64,000 bases of DNA from Macrostomum hystrix (Eukaryota > Animalia > Platyhelminthes): assembly GCA_950097015.1 (NCBI GenBank), contig CATNEN010000001.1:2604001-2668000 (forward strand), in the 5' to 3' direction. Below, piece by piece: positions 14,201 to 24,096 of the stretch (within the stretch, counting starts at the first letter, position 1; each line of letters starts with the position of its first letter). Both the position numbers and the translations under genes were made by a program. The notes beneath the pieces were generated by a model. That model had not been told where the DNA came from, did not search any database, and was given only the letters and a program-made list of their open reading frames with translations.

Positions 14201-17200
14201 CAACTCACACAGTTCACAGACCAGACACTTCACACAACTCACACAGTTCACAGAACAGACACTTCACACAACTCACACACTTCACTGAGAATTTATTTTA
14301 CTGTGCACCCTAACAAGGCCATGTGTTTCTCATAGTGCCTATTGGAAGTAATCCAGGCTTTAGTGGGCTGAGAGAGACAGATAGAACTGTACACTCTACC
14401 AACTGTTCAATTATTTCGCCTGCTTAAGCTAAAAACTGCTGCGGGACAGTTGAGAGTTGTTTGCTGTTTTGTCCCAAACAACTGTTAATTCCATCTGAGC
14501 CTAAAGAAAACAATTTCTAAATGTTCCGCTGCTTCTTCTTGATGGAAACTTGTCTTTCTATGTGTTAAGTGAGTATAGATTTTTGGATTATTGCTGGCTA
14601 ATGCTTGTACGAGCTCGTAAGTAGCTTCTAGGTTTTTCTCTTCACTTGTTCTTTGGCTTTTTTGCTCAACTCTGCTGTCTTTCACAATTTTCTGCAGCCT
14701 TAGCCGTTAAAGCTTGTTCTGTCTCTGTCACTTCCACTTCTGTCACTCTAGATCTACTTCTGTCACTCTGGATCCACTCTGGATCCACTTCTGTCACTCT
14801 AGATCTACTTCTGTCACTCTGGATCCACTCTGGATCCACTTCTGTCACTCTAGATCTACTTCTGTCAATCTGAATCGACTTCTGTCACTCTGGATCCACT
14901 TCTGTCACTCTAGATCTACTTCTGTCACTCTGGATCCACTCTGGATCCACTTCTGTCACTCTAGATCTACTTCTGTCACTCTGGATCCACTCTGGATCCA
15001 CTTCTGTCACTCTAGATCTACTTCTGTCAATCTGAATCGACTTCTGTCACTCTGGATCCACTTCTGTCACTCTGGATCCACTTCTGTCACTCTGGATCTA
15101 CTTCTGTCACTCTGGATCCACTTCTGTCACTCTGGATCCACTTCTGTCACTCTGGATCTACTTCTGTCACTCTGGATCCACTTCTGTCACTCTAGATCTA
15201 CTTCTGTCGTCTGTCACTCTGGATCCACTTCTGTCACTCTGGATCCACTTCTGTCACTCTAAATCCGCTTCTGTCACTCTAAATCCGCTTCTGTCACTCT
15301 GGATCTGCTTCTGTCACTCTAAATCCACTTCCGTCACTCTGGATCTGCTTCTGTCACTCTAAATCCGCTTCTGTCACTCTGGATCCACTTCTGTCACTTT
15401 GGATCTGCTTCTGTCACTCTAAATTGTAGTAAATTCTAGTATAGTTAGTTCACTATAGTAATCGCGAAAATCCAAATCTATAATAGGCTACTGTGGTACT
15501 AATATTTCTATTGTATTTAGTTAGTCACTAACTAAGAATCATCAGAATCATCATTAATAGCGCACTGTGATTTTTAGCTTATTGAGTATCTAGGCGATGT
15601 TGATTGACAAGTTTTGCGGGTCCAGTTTTTTTATAGTCAAGTACAATCAGTTCGAAAAGTCCTGCGAATGAAAAATGTAAATTGGGATTTTTTAAAATGT
15701 GGGATCTCGTTTCCATGCACCTAAAATCTCGTTTGTTGCCGCAGTGCCTATATATTTAGCCTCTAGAATGAAGACACAGATGCTATTATTGTTAAATGCT
15801 CAGTCGGTTAGTATTTTTTCTATTTAACAAAGGTGCTAATATTTTTCCGGGTCATCGGCTAGGCATGCACCAGATGTAAAGCACCTGTCCTCCTTCTCTT
15901 TTTGATGTCGGAACTGATCTGACTTTGCTAAGAATTTCTTTTGGTTCAGTAGAATCATAGGCTGTCTCTATGATGACATGACACCCTCCATTCTGACATG
16001 ATCCTGGATCTGACACCCTCCAGTCTAGCATTATCCTTGATCTGACACCCTCCAGTCTGCAATGATCCTGGATCTGACACCCTCCAGTCTAGCATTATCC
16101 TTGATCTGACACTATCCAGTCTGACATGATCCTCGATCTGACACCCTCCAGTCTGACATGATCCTCGATCTGACACCCTCCAGTCTGACATGATCCTCGA
16201 TCTGACACCCTCCAGTCTGACATGATTCTCGATCTGACACCCTCCAGTCTAGCATTATCCTTGATCTGACACCCTCCAGTCTGACATGGTCCTCGATCTG
16301 ACACCCTCCAGTCTGACATGATCCTCGATCTGACACCCTCCAGTCTAGCATTATCCTTGATCTGACACCCTCAGTCTGACATGGTCCTCAATCTGACACC
16401 CTCCAGTCTGACATGGTCCTCGATCTGACACCCTCCAGTCTAGCATCATCCTTGATCTGACACCCTCCAGTCTGACATGATCCTCGATCTGACACCCTCC
16501 AGTCTGAAATGATCCTCGATCTGACACCCTCCAGTCTAGCATTATCCTTGATCTGGCACCCTCTAGTCTGACATTATCTTCTTTTTGACACCCTCCATTT
16601 TGGCATGAACCTCGACCTGACACCCTATATCACCCTACGAATTAACCTGACTACTAAAAACCAGACATTACCCTCTGATGTATCAATCTCAATGTTTATA
16701 TGCCTATCTAAAAAGATAATAAGCTACTTACTAACCTGATACCCTATTATCAATGAAACGTATTTTAAACACACCATTAATTTGATCCATCATATCATTT
16801 CTTAATCCTGTTTTACTTGAAAATCGGCATCTTAAAAATAATTGAATCTAATTGTATCCTAAAACACACTCACAAACACAGGCTGGCTTTCTCTACGATG
16901 CGAAACGTGATACCTTATTCATCAGCGCAGAATACCTGACTAATCTAAGCGGCACTCAGTTAGCTGGTGGCAGTCTCTACCTGAAACTCTACCTTCTGCC
17001 TGGCCCGGACAAGCGCTCGAAGCAGAAGATTCGGCTGTGCCAAGATGAACTATCTGGAAGGCGACATCATTTCCTCATCACCGAGGACATTGTCACCTAC
17101 AAGTTGAGCCGTCAGGAGCTGTCACAGAAGCAGCTGTCAATAGCTGTGTGGCTTAATCCAACCATACATGCTGCCAGAGAGATTCACAAGCTGTGCGTGC

Positions 17201-17268
17201 CGCTATCCAGATACCTTGACGAGTGCGTTCACTACGAGGAATTGAAGTTTCCTGTCGGCTCCGGGTAG
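804..17268 (+). CDS. PIK3C2A: Class II phosphoinositide 3-kinase (PI3K-C2-like), 5'-partial, 11 exons: 804-1158, 2523(or 2481)-2667, 3304-3489, 4185-4768, 5574-5749, 6537-6841, 7646-8273, 8968-9404, 10285-10641, 11013-11823, 16882-17268
   Basis: Exons joined by hand at GT-AG sites with matching phases give RBD (NQFLLRISGRDEYL), C2 (SSLPRETVLSFTLYG), helical domain, kinase (SKTMPL, CDRHNDNIML, HIDFAKLLG, RDRVPMVFT), a PX-like segment and a terminal C2 (YLKLYLLPGPDKRSKQK). The PX+C2 tail is diagnostic of class II. The symbol denotes the family, not proven orthology. Confidence 0.93.
1209..1410 (+). mobile_element. tRNA-derived SINE family A
   Basis: Pol III A box TAGCCTAGTGG and B box GGTTCGATTCC; body shared with five other copies in the window. 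Confidence 0.8.
1609..2199 (+). mobile_element. tRNA-derived SINE family C, full length
   Basis: tRNA-like head, GC-rich body, (TAGA)n tail, 13-bp TSD AAGTAAATTGATT (1596-1608 / 2200-2212); near-identical inverted copy at 19175-19758. Confidence 0.85.
2523..2667 (+). CDS. PI3K-C2 exon (Ras-binding domain)
   Basis: ttttgcag|TG; SSRVEDIMFSLL...NQFLLRISGRDEYLKP; donor CC|GTGAGT; an alternative in-frame acceptor would start the exon at 2481. Confidence 0.8.
2864..3259 (+). mobile_element. tRNA-derived SINE family B, full length
   Basis: A box TAGCTCAGTC, B box GGTTCGACTCC, (ATT)n tail, 11-bp TSD TATCCATGATT (2853-2863 / 3260-3270). Confidence 0.85.
3304..3489 (+). CDS. PI3K-C2 exon (end of RBD)
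   Basis: cag|A GAC GAG; DEALRSHSVFQ...FLGRSSEDLE; donor AG|GTAAGC; phases match neighbours. Confidence 0.85.
4185..4768 (+). CDS. PI3K-C2 exon (helical bundle and start of C2)
   Basis: ctgcag|C; GSISSLLDEF...YSEIKVRCELHHGVKKL; donor G|GTGAGC. Confidence 0.85.
4813..5527. repeat. 55-bp minisatellite, 13 copies
   Basis: TCCTTATCAGACCCCTTCCAACCCGCCACCCCATCAGTGTGCACTCACTGCTGGC. Confidence 0.95.
5574..5749 (+). CDS. PI3K-C2 exon (PI3K-type C2 domain)
   Basis: ttgcag|AT; WRESGQLTF...LPRETVLSFTLYG...IAWVRLRLFDAK; donor AAG|GTTAGA. Confidence 0.9.
5900..6512. repeat. 21-bp minisatellite
   Basis: CAGCCAATCTACTAGATCTCA, about 28 copies. Confidence 0.95.
6537..6841 (+). CDS. PI3K-C2 exon (end of C2, linker)
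   Basis: ctcag|GGC; GALKQGSYLLPMW; donor AG|GTAATT. Confidence 0.88.
6915..7280. repeat. About 86-bp (2 x 43) CCAATC-containing tandem repeat
   Basis: CCAATCAAAATCAA recurs every 41-45 bp; one more unit resumes at about 7592. Confidence 0.8.
7303..7590. mobile_element. Dispersed repeat with an internal 21-bp inverted repeat; inverted homolog at about 45500-45895
   Basis: GCATCGTCGAGATATTCAACG / CGTTGACTATCTCGACGATGC; ATGGCGAATCCATATTGGTT reverse-matches about 45668-45687. Confidence 0.6.
7646..8273 (+). CDS. PI3K-C2 exon (PIK helical/accessory domain)
   Basis: cgcag|C; LQLLCPEFADIEVREFAV, YLPQMTQAL, FYWQLK; donor AAA|GTGAGT. Confidence 0.92.
8575..8750. repeat. 22-bp minisatellite with degenerate flanks
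   Basis: GAGAATCTCACTGAGAATTTAG. Confidence 0.85.
8968..9404 (+). CDS. PI3K-C2 exon (kinase N-lobe)
   Basis: ctcag|ATC; CSFFSSKTMPLRL, VIYKKGDNLSMDALCLQM, IWRKEGLDL, GFVELV; donor AG|GTTTGT. Confidence 0.93.
9620..10195. repeat. 21-bp minisatellite
   Basis: AATTATCCCCTATAGTTTCCA. Confidence 0.95.
10285..10641 (+). CDS. PI3K-C2 exon (kinase catalytic and activation loops)
   Basis: ttcag|T; FTRSLAG, YVLGVCDRHNDNIML, GHLFHIDFAKLLG, RDRVPMVFT; donor AG|GTGAGT. Confidence 0.95.
11013..11823 (+). CDS. PI3K-C2 exon (kinase C-terminus, polyQ linker, PX-like domain)
   Basis: gccag|A; IEYVQARLEP, WNFRVH, Q18 and Q8 tracts, SDLLYSLLHP; donor AAG|GTCAGC. Confidence 0.88.
11835..12490. repeat. 21-bp minisatellite
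   Basis: TGTCTGTCTACCTGTTCTAGA, starting about 12 nt after the 11824 donor. Confidence 0.95.
13098..14286. repeat. 34-bp minisatellite (first units 39 bp)
   Basis: CACAGTTCACAGAACAGACACTTCACACAACTCA. Confidence 0.95.
14724..15421. repeat. 20-bp minisatellite
   Basis: CTGTCACTCTGGATCCACTT and variants. Confidence 0.95.
15975..16626. repeat. 32-bp minisatellite
   Basis: TCTGACACCCTCCAGTCTGACATGATCCTCGA. Confidence 0.95.
16882..17268 (+). CDS. PI3K-C2 last coding exon (C-terminal C2 domain)
   Basis: cacag|GCT; YDAKRDTLFI, YLKLYLLPGPDKRSKQK, LSQKQLSIAVW; TAG stop ending at 17268. Confidence 0.88.
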   Translation, partial: AGFLYDAKRDTLFISAEYLTNLSGTQLAGGSLYLKLYLLPGPDKRSKQKIRLCQDELSGRRHHFLITEDIVTYKLSRQELSQKQLSIAVWLNPTIHAAREIHKLCVPLSRYLDECVHYEELKFPVGSG

Positions 17269-17321
17269 GATTGACTTGGTTGTTTGTATTTTCGTGTAAA
17301 ATTCTTTTAAAACGAGCACTA

Positions 17322-17327
17322 AATAAA
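17322..17327 (+). terminator. Candidate polyadenylation signal of the PI3K-C2 gene
   Basis: AATAAA about 55 nt after the stop codon. Confidence 0.4.
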
Positions 17328-17377
17328 TAAATGGAGTGTAGTAATTTTCGCAAACAGCGGGTTAGATAATTCCACCC

Positions 17378-17988
17378 TCCTAGAATGAGTGGGATAATTA
17401 TCCCATAGAATGAATACGGATAATTATCCCCTAGAATGAGTAATGATAATTATCCCCTGGAATGAGTAAGGATAGTTATCCCCTAGAATGAGTGATGATA
17501 ATTATCCCCTAGAATGAGTAAGGATAATTATCCCCTGGAATGAGTAATGATAATTATCCCCTAGAATGAGTAATGATAATTATCCCCTAGAATGAGTAAT
17601 GATAATTATCCCCTAGAATGAGTAATGATAATTATCCCCTAGAATGAGTAAGGATAATTATCCCCTAGAATGAGTGATGATAATTATCCCCTAGAATGAG
17701 TAATGATAATTATCCCCTAGAATAAGTAATGATAATTATCCCCTAGAATGAGTAATGATAATTATCCCATAGAATGAGTAATGATAATTATCCCATAGAA
17801 TGAGTAATGATAATTATCCCATAGAATGAGTAATGATAATTATCCCCTAGAATGAGTAAGAATAATTATGCCCTAGAATGAGTAAGAATAATTATCCCCT
17901 AGAATGAGTAAGGGTAATTATCCCCTCGAATGAGTAAGGATAATTATCCCCTAGTATGAGTAAGGATAATTATCCCCTAGAATGAGTA
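17378..17988. repeat. 26-bp minisatellite
   Basis: GATAATTATCCCCTAGAATGAGTAAT. Confidence 0.95.
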
Positions 17989-18596
17989 TGTAGTTTTATC
18001 CGATAGTGAATACATAAATTGTACCCATAAGTGTTTTGGGGCAGTTATTCTCCTACATGACTAGGATAATTATAGCACATAATCAGTAGGTTAATTAAAG
18101 CCTGGAGTGTGTGAAATGATTGCCTCTCGTTTGAGTCGTAAAATATAAAGATGAGATAATTATCACATGCATGCATAAGCGCCTAAGTGTATTATTCCAT
18201 TTTTTCTATTTTTTTATCAAGCTAATGTACATAAATAAATCACGACAGACTTATTGTTATTTATACCTGTGAATACTTGAACATTCATTATTCCAGTGAC
18301 TGTTACACAAACTTTTTGTGTCACATGTATCTAGATTAATTTGGTTACTATTTTATATTTTCTACGATTATTTACGATTATTATAGACGTTGGTACGAGT
18401 ACAAGAATTGCGAGCAAAAGTGTACTTCCTGTAGGATTGTTCGGTAATAATTTTGGAGCCTTCTTGTGATTTTTGTATTAATAATCGGTTTGCACTTTAG
18501 CTTGCTTATGATTTCTGCTGTGACTGGACTGCCTGCTAATCGCTCAAATCGATTTAATCCATTTTATTCTTTATTTTGCCGTCTTAATAATTAAAT

Positions 18597-18793
18597 TCAC
18601 CCGGCCTGCGTACAGCTGTTCAGTCCATGGACTGGGAAGACGCCACACCCATCCTCAATTAGCCCAACAATTTTTATCCATTTAACGGCTGGGTGAACTG
18701 AAGCAATGCAGAGTTGAAGTGTCTTGTTAAATGGCACAGATTATTCCCTATGGAGTCGGGAATCGAACCCCCGACGACCACTTAAGGCTACAC
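18597..18793 (-). mobile_element. SINE family A copy
   Basis: Reverse complement of the family A head and body (GGGAATCGAACCC, CAGTCCATGGACTG). Confidence 0.75.
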
Positions 18794-18918
18794 CAATATT
18801 TTTGTCCCTCTACGTCTCTTATTTCGTATCTCGCGGGGTTGAAAGTCTCTTAATCATATTAATTTTCAATATCCGTCTTTTCTATCTCTATTCTAGGAGG
18901 CAATTCTGCCCATTTCGC

Positions 18919-19150
18919 TACTCCTGAGCACACACGCACACAGATACTCAGGCTCAAACAGGTGTGCCCTGACTTTCTCATCGTCAGGTACACTCTCACT
19001 GTGCCTTGGAGGTTGGCCCTTAAGGGCGCAAATTGCACGACAAGCCCCCAAGCCTTCTCTCCGCGGCTGCGCCCCAAATGCCCCAGTGGCCTCGCCGCGG
19101 AACCGAGCTTTGAGACCTTGGTGCGAGAGGCAATCGCGTTAACCGCCTCC
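18919..19150 (-). mobile_element. SINE-like family D copy
   Basis: tRNA-like head on the - strand; homologous segments at about 49030-49198 (-), 53255-53375 (+) and 57483-57660 (+). Confidence 0.65.
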
Positions 19151-19174
19151 AACATTTTTCATACATCTCTCTCT

Positions 19175-19758
19175 ATCTATTTGCAGGGGGCCCGGGGCAC
19201 TTGTCGCACAAGCGACGGAGCGGCACGCCCCCAGACCGGCGAACTAGGCGCTTAGCGCCCATCGCGCCGCCTCCCCTGAGCAGGCCCCACACACAGCAGC
19301 ACAGACCAGCCGGGGAGGGCAGGAGGCACCCAGAATAGGCAGCAGTGTCCCCACCCCAGCCCCACACGCACAGAGCAGACCAAGCCTGATATGAAAGGCT
19401 GATAAGAAATCAGTCCTCAGGGGGGCCGGGTGATGAGTGTACACTTATCCAATCGCGCTGACGGAAGTCCAGAAAGCGCGCGGCGGTGTACACCCGCCCT
19501 TCAGCCACCCAACGCAAGGCCTCACGCCCCAGCGCCAACGCACACAACTCACACAACGCAGAACAGGCACACAGAAAGGTAGGAGCGAAGCTATTATTTT
19601 AAGCTTTGATTGCACGAAATATGGTGCACCTCCGCCGGTCGCTACTGTCCAAACCCTCCAACAAGTCCCGAAATTAATCGTGACTTGAAGGGTGAATCGA
19701 ACTAGCGTCCTTTAGAGTGCGAGGCAGCGACGTTAGCCGCTGACCCACTCGCCCCCAC
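19175..19758 (-). mobile_element. SINE family C copy
   Basis: Reverse complement of 1609-2199; flanking near-direct repeat CATACAYCTCTCTCT. Confidence 0.85.
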
Positions 19759-20437
19759 CATACACCTCTCTCTCCTTACCTCATAAATTTCTATTGTCAG
19801 CATGTCAATCTTGTCGCTTATCCTCGTATTTGTAATTAAAATAAGAATCTTAATCATCTTATCTAAATCTATCTGTAAATAAATAAAATAAATATAGCTT
19901 TGATTATCGATTTCACTAATAATCATTTGTTTCTTGTTAGCTGCTATATTCCATAGAATTTTGCCAAGAAAAAACGTTGATTTAATCAATACGTACTTTT
20001 GTAGGCTGTGCGTCTGAACGAACAAATCTATCCTCGGTCTTTGAGTAATGTGTGTGCACACCTACTGTGTGTTGTTTTTCTTACATGCGACTCTGTTTCT
20101 ATTATTCTTTTTAACTTTTTTTAAACCCTCATAATTTAATTTCAAATGTAGTGTACAATTAATATTGGATAATCATTCATAAAAACTTATTTTTGTTAAA
20201 CTGTGTTATTGATCATTTTGCGGCACCTTTGTTTTTCAAATCACTGCTTAAGCTCCGCGAGAATTTGAAACAAATAAATTTGCACTCCGTTTGGTCGCTG
20301 GCAAAGCCTGATTTACCTGTTATTTTCGGTTAATTGTAATCATCACGTTTGTAGCATCGATTGTCTGAAACCTAATTCGTTCATTTTGTAATATTTTATC
20401 AACTAGGGAATAATACTGTACTTGGCTGGAACTCAAA

Positions 20438-21612
20438 ATGGTCCTTCATCTTCTAGATATTCAGTATGGTCCTTCATCTTCTAGATATTCAGGATGGTCC
20501 TTCATCTTCTAGATATTCAGGATGGTCATTCATCTCCAAGATATTCAGGATGGTCCTCCATCTCATCTAGATATTCAGGATGGTCCTCTATCTTCTAGAT
20601 ATTCAGGATGGTCCTCCATCTCATCTAGATATTCAGGATGGTCCTCCATCTCATCTAGATATTCAGGATGGTCCTCCATCTCATCTAGATATTCAGGATG
20701 GTCCTCCATCTTCTAGATATTCAGGATGGTCCTCCATCTTCTAGATATTCAGGATGGTCCTCTATCTTCTAGATATTCAGGATGGTCCTCTATCTTCTAG
20801 ATATTTAGGATGGTCATTCATCTCCAAGATATTCAGGATGGTCCTCCATCTCATCTAGATATTCAGGATGGTCCTTCATCTCATCTAGATATTCAGGATG
20901 GTTCCTCCATCTCATCTAGATATTCAGGATGGTTCCTCCATCTCATCTAGATATTCAGGATGGTCCTTCATCTTCTAGATATTCAGGATGGTCATTCATC
21001 TCCTAGATATTCAGGATGGTCATTCATCTTCTGGATATTCAGGATGGTCCTCCATCTTCTAGATATTCAGGATGGTCATTCATCTCCTAGATATTCAGGA
21101 TGGTCATTCATCTTCTGGATATTCAGGATGGTCCTCCATCTTCTAGATATTCAGGATGGTCCTCCATCTTCTAGATTTTCAGGATGGTCCTCCATCTCAT
21201 CTAGATATTCAGGATGGTCCTCCATCTCATCTAGATATTCAGGATGGTCCTCCATCTTCTAGATATTCAGGATGGTCCTCCATCTCATCTAGATATTCAG
21301 GATGGTTCTCCATCTCATCTAGATATTCAGGATGGTTCCTCTATCTCATCTAGATATTCAGGATGGTCCTCCATCTTCTAGATATTCAGGATGGTCCTCC
21401 ATCTCATCTAGATATTCAGTATGGTCCTTCATCTCATCTAGATATTCAGGATGGTCCTCCATCTCATCTAGATATTCAGTATGGTCCTTCATCTCATCTA
21501 GATATTCAGTATGGTCCTTCATCTCATCTAGATATTCAGGATGGTCCTCCATCTCATCTAGATATTCAGTATGGTCCTTCATCTCATCTAGATATTCAGG
21601 ATGGTCCTCCAT
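20438..21612. repeat. 28/30-bp minisatellite
   Basis: TCTAGATATTCAGGATGGTCCTCCATCT(CA). Confidence 0.95.
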
Positions 21613-21653
21613 ATCTTGTAAACATTTAGGGTGGTTTTTAATTTTCACCAGTC

Positions 21654-21982
21654 TTAATAATAATAATAAATAATAATAATAATAATAATTGATTACACCT
21701 GCCCCAATTGAGCCAGATGTGCAGCCAACAGCACAGCCGCAGCTAATGCGCGGCGCATCTGAAGGCTGCCTACAGCTGTTCAGTCCATGGACTGGGGAGA
21801 CCCCACACCCACCCTCAATTACCCCAGCTAATGCTGGTACCCATTTAACAGCTGGGTGAACTGAAGCAATGCAGAGTTAATAGCCTTGCTAAAGGACACA
21901 AATTGTTCCAGTGGAGTCGGGAATCGAACCCGCGACCTTTAGGACGTGAGTCCGACGCCCTAACCACTAGGCTACAACCTCT
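21654..21982 (-). mobile_element. SINE family A, most complete copy, with (TTA)n tail
   Basis: tRNA head at 21915-21982, central conserved block, (TAA)n run at 21654-21690. Confidence 0.85.
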
Positions 21983-22214
21983 CCACAGGTCTTAATGTCC
22001 ATCCACCCTGGACCTTTGGCACAGTAATAAGAGTTTCATCATCTATCCGATCTGTTTGGCCAAGATGCTCCCGTCCAATCACAAATGTTCTACATTCAAA
22101 CAGCCTCGCAGACTAAATGCTTGCTAAAATGTAGTTTTTTGTTCCATTTTGCTAACGAGGATAGTAAGACCGAATATTTTACCCAAATTCGCATTTTTTC
22201 TGTGAATCAACGAA

Positions 22215-22317
22215 ATGCTCCCGAATGAGCAGAAACAGGAAACTGTGCAACAGCCGCATCATCATCAGCCTTTGCTGCCGCCGCACCCGTTGCGTTCAAT
22301 GGAGCGTCAGGATTATC
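22215..22317 (+). CDS. Candidate alternative first coding exon 1 of the stomatin gene (MLPNEQKQ...ERQDY)
   Basis: ATG, 34 codons + 1 nt, donor C|GTAAGA, phase 1 matches the 63021 acceptor; CCAAT at 22075. Confidence 0.55.
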
Positions 22318-23241
22318 GTAAGAGCTTTGCGGTTCACTTTTTGTCTAAACCTTTACAGTCATGTATACACAATACAGAAATTAGGCTGTTTTCCGAGATT
22401 TACTGCACCAACGTAATCATACGAGTAGTTTTCTCGTGCATAAGATTGTAGAGAAGCTACGAAGCGTAGATCTCTTACTAAGAATTCTCCTCAGAAGGTG
22501 GAGTTCATGTTGTAAAAGCTATTTGAAACAGACTTTTTAAATCTTCACGATTTTTGTTTCTATCGTTTAGTAAATTGACTCAAACTTCTACATTTTCGTA
22601 GTTTTTTAATCCCTGCATTTACAAGAGGCATTAAGCAGCGCATGCCGTTTTTCAGCGTAGAACGGAATTTCACGGGCTTGCATATTATGATCGCAGTTTA
22701 AGGGGAAGCTCCAGTATCGTCCAGTATCGTCCTCATCACTCGACTGGCATTCGATATATTCTACAATGCAATAGCAAAGCAGTCTTTCTGGGATTTCAAA
22801 GCAAACTTTCGGCAAATCCGTGCCAAATTTCTGTTGAATATCTATGATTAGATATCCTGAATATCTACGGGCAGTGATTCTGGCGGTTGCGCTTATAGGG
22901 GATCAGAAGATGATGCTGCATGGGGGATCTAAGCCACACGAGCTGTGTCGGATGTTTGTGCGCCCGCCGCACAGCTGCTGCACTGCAGTGGCTAGCGGCC
23001 AACTTGGACTTTGTTTTGGCATATCGAATCACAGCTGTTGGAGTCTTTAATCCCGATTTCTATTTAGTCATATTCCCTTAGCTGTGGCTCATCTCCGAAG
23101 CTTCACTAGCGAGATCTGCATCTCTATTTGCGTGCACCCGCAGACACCCGAACCGGACTGGCTGTCAAACAGAAATTTTCTCTTTACGTTTTTTGCTAAA
23201 AATCTGCTTCTATAGAACATTATTTTCTTCTTCTCTGTGTA

Positions 23242-23585
23242 TCTCTCTAGCTCTCTCCCTCTCTCCCTCTCCCTCTCTCCCTCTCCCTCTCCCTCTCCCT
23301 CTCCCTCTCCCTCTCCCCCTCTTTCCCTCTCCCTCTCTCCCTCTCCCTCTCCCTCTCCCCCTCTCTCCCTCTCCCTCTCTCCCTCTCTCCCTCTCTCCCT
23401 CTCTCCCTCTTCCTCTCTCTCCTTCTCCCCAATCTCCCTCTCTCCCTCTCCCTCTCTCCCCTCCCTCTCTCCCTCTCTCCCTCTCTCCCTCTCTCCCTCT
23501 TCCTCTCTCTCCTTCTCCCCCATCTCCCTCTCTCCCTCTCACTCTCTCCCCTCCCTCTCTCTCCCTCTCCCTCTCTCCCTCTCTC
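23242..23585. repeat. Polypyrimidine (CTCCCT/CT)n tract
   Basis: Nearly pure C/T run. Confidence 0.95.
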
Positions 23586-24096
23586 AGAGCGAAACGCGTC
23601 TGGAGTTGCCTTGGTTCGAATCCAGATTTCAATTTTTTCGATACATATCGGAATTGATTCCAACATTAGATTTTTGAAATTCAACGGGCAGTGTCCTTTC
23701 TCCTCTCTCCCTCTCTCTCTCTCCCTCTCTCCCTCTCTCTCTCCTTCTTTCTCTAATTTTATATTAAATTTATTTTCCTTCCATTCTCTATTTCTCGGAA
23801 AGCTGGGTTAGATCATTGCGCGATGATTGCTGGGCCCCATATGGCTTCCAGATTTTTTACGCTCTTCTATGTTTTCTCGACAATTTAATTCCACAAACGA
23901 ATCAGTTGATTTCATTCTAACATGAATAAGATCTTTCTATAGGTGAGGAAACGAAAATTCAAACTGGAGGTAGGTGTCTGGATGAGAGTCATGTCTAGTT
24001 TCTAGTTTCTAGATATCTTAAATATGCGTTATTTAATATGGCTTTTAATTAATGAATTTAAAACGTTTGATTCAATATCAATTGATTCCATTACTA

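Noticed and set aside
19450-19485. Hammerhead-like CTGACGG...GAAA in SINE C
   Set aside because: Core CUGANGA is imperfect and not conserved in the second copy (CCGACGG)
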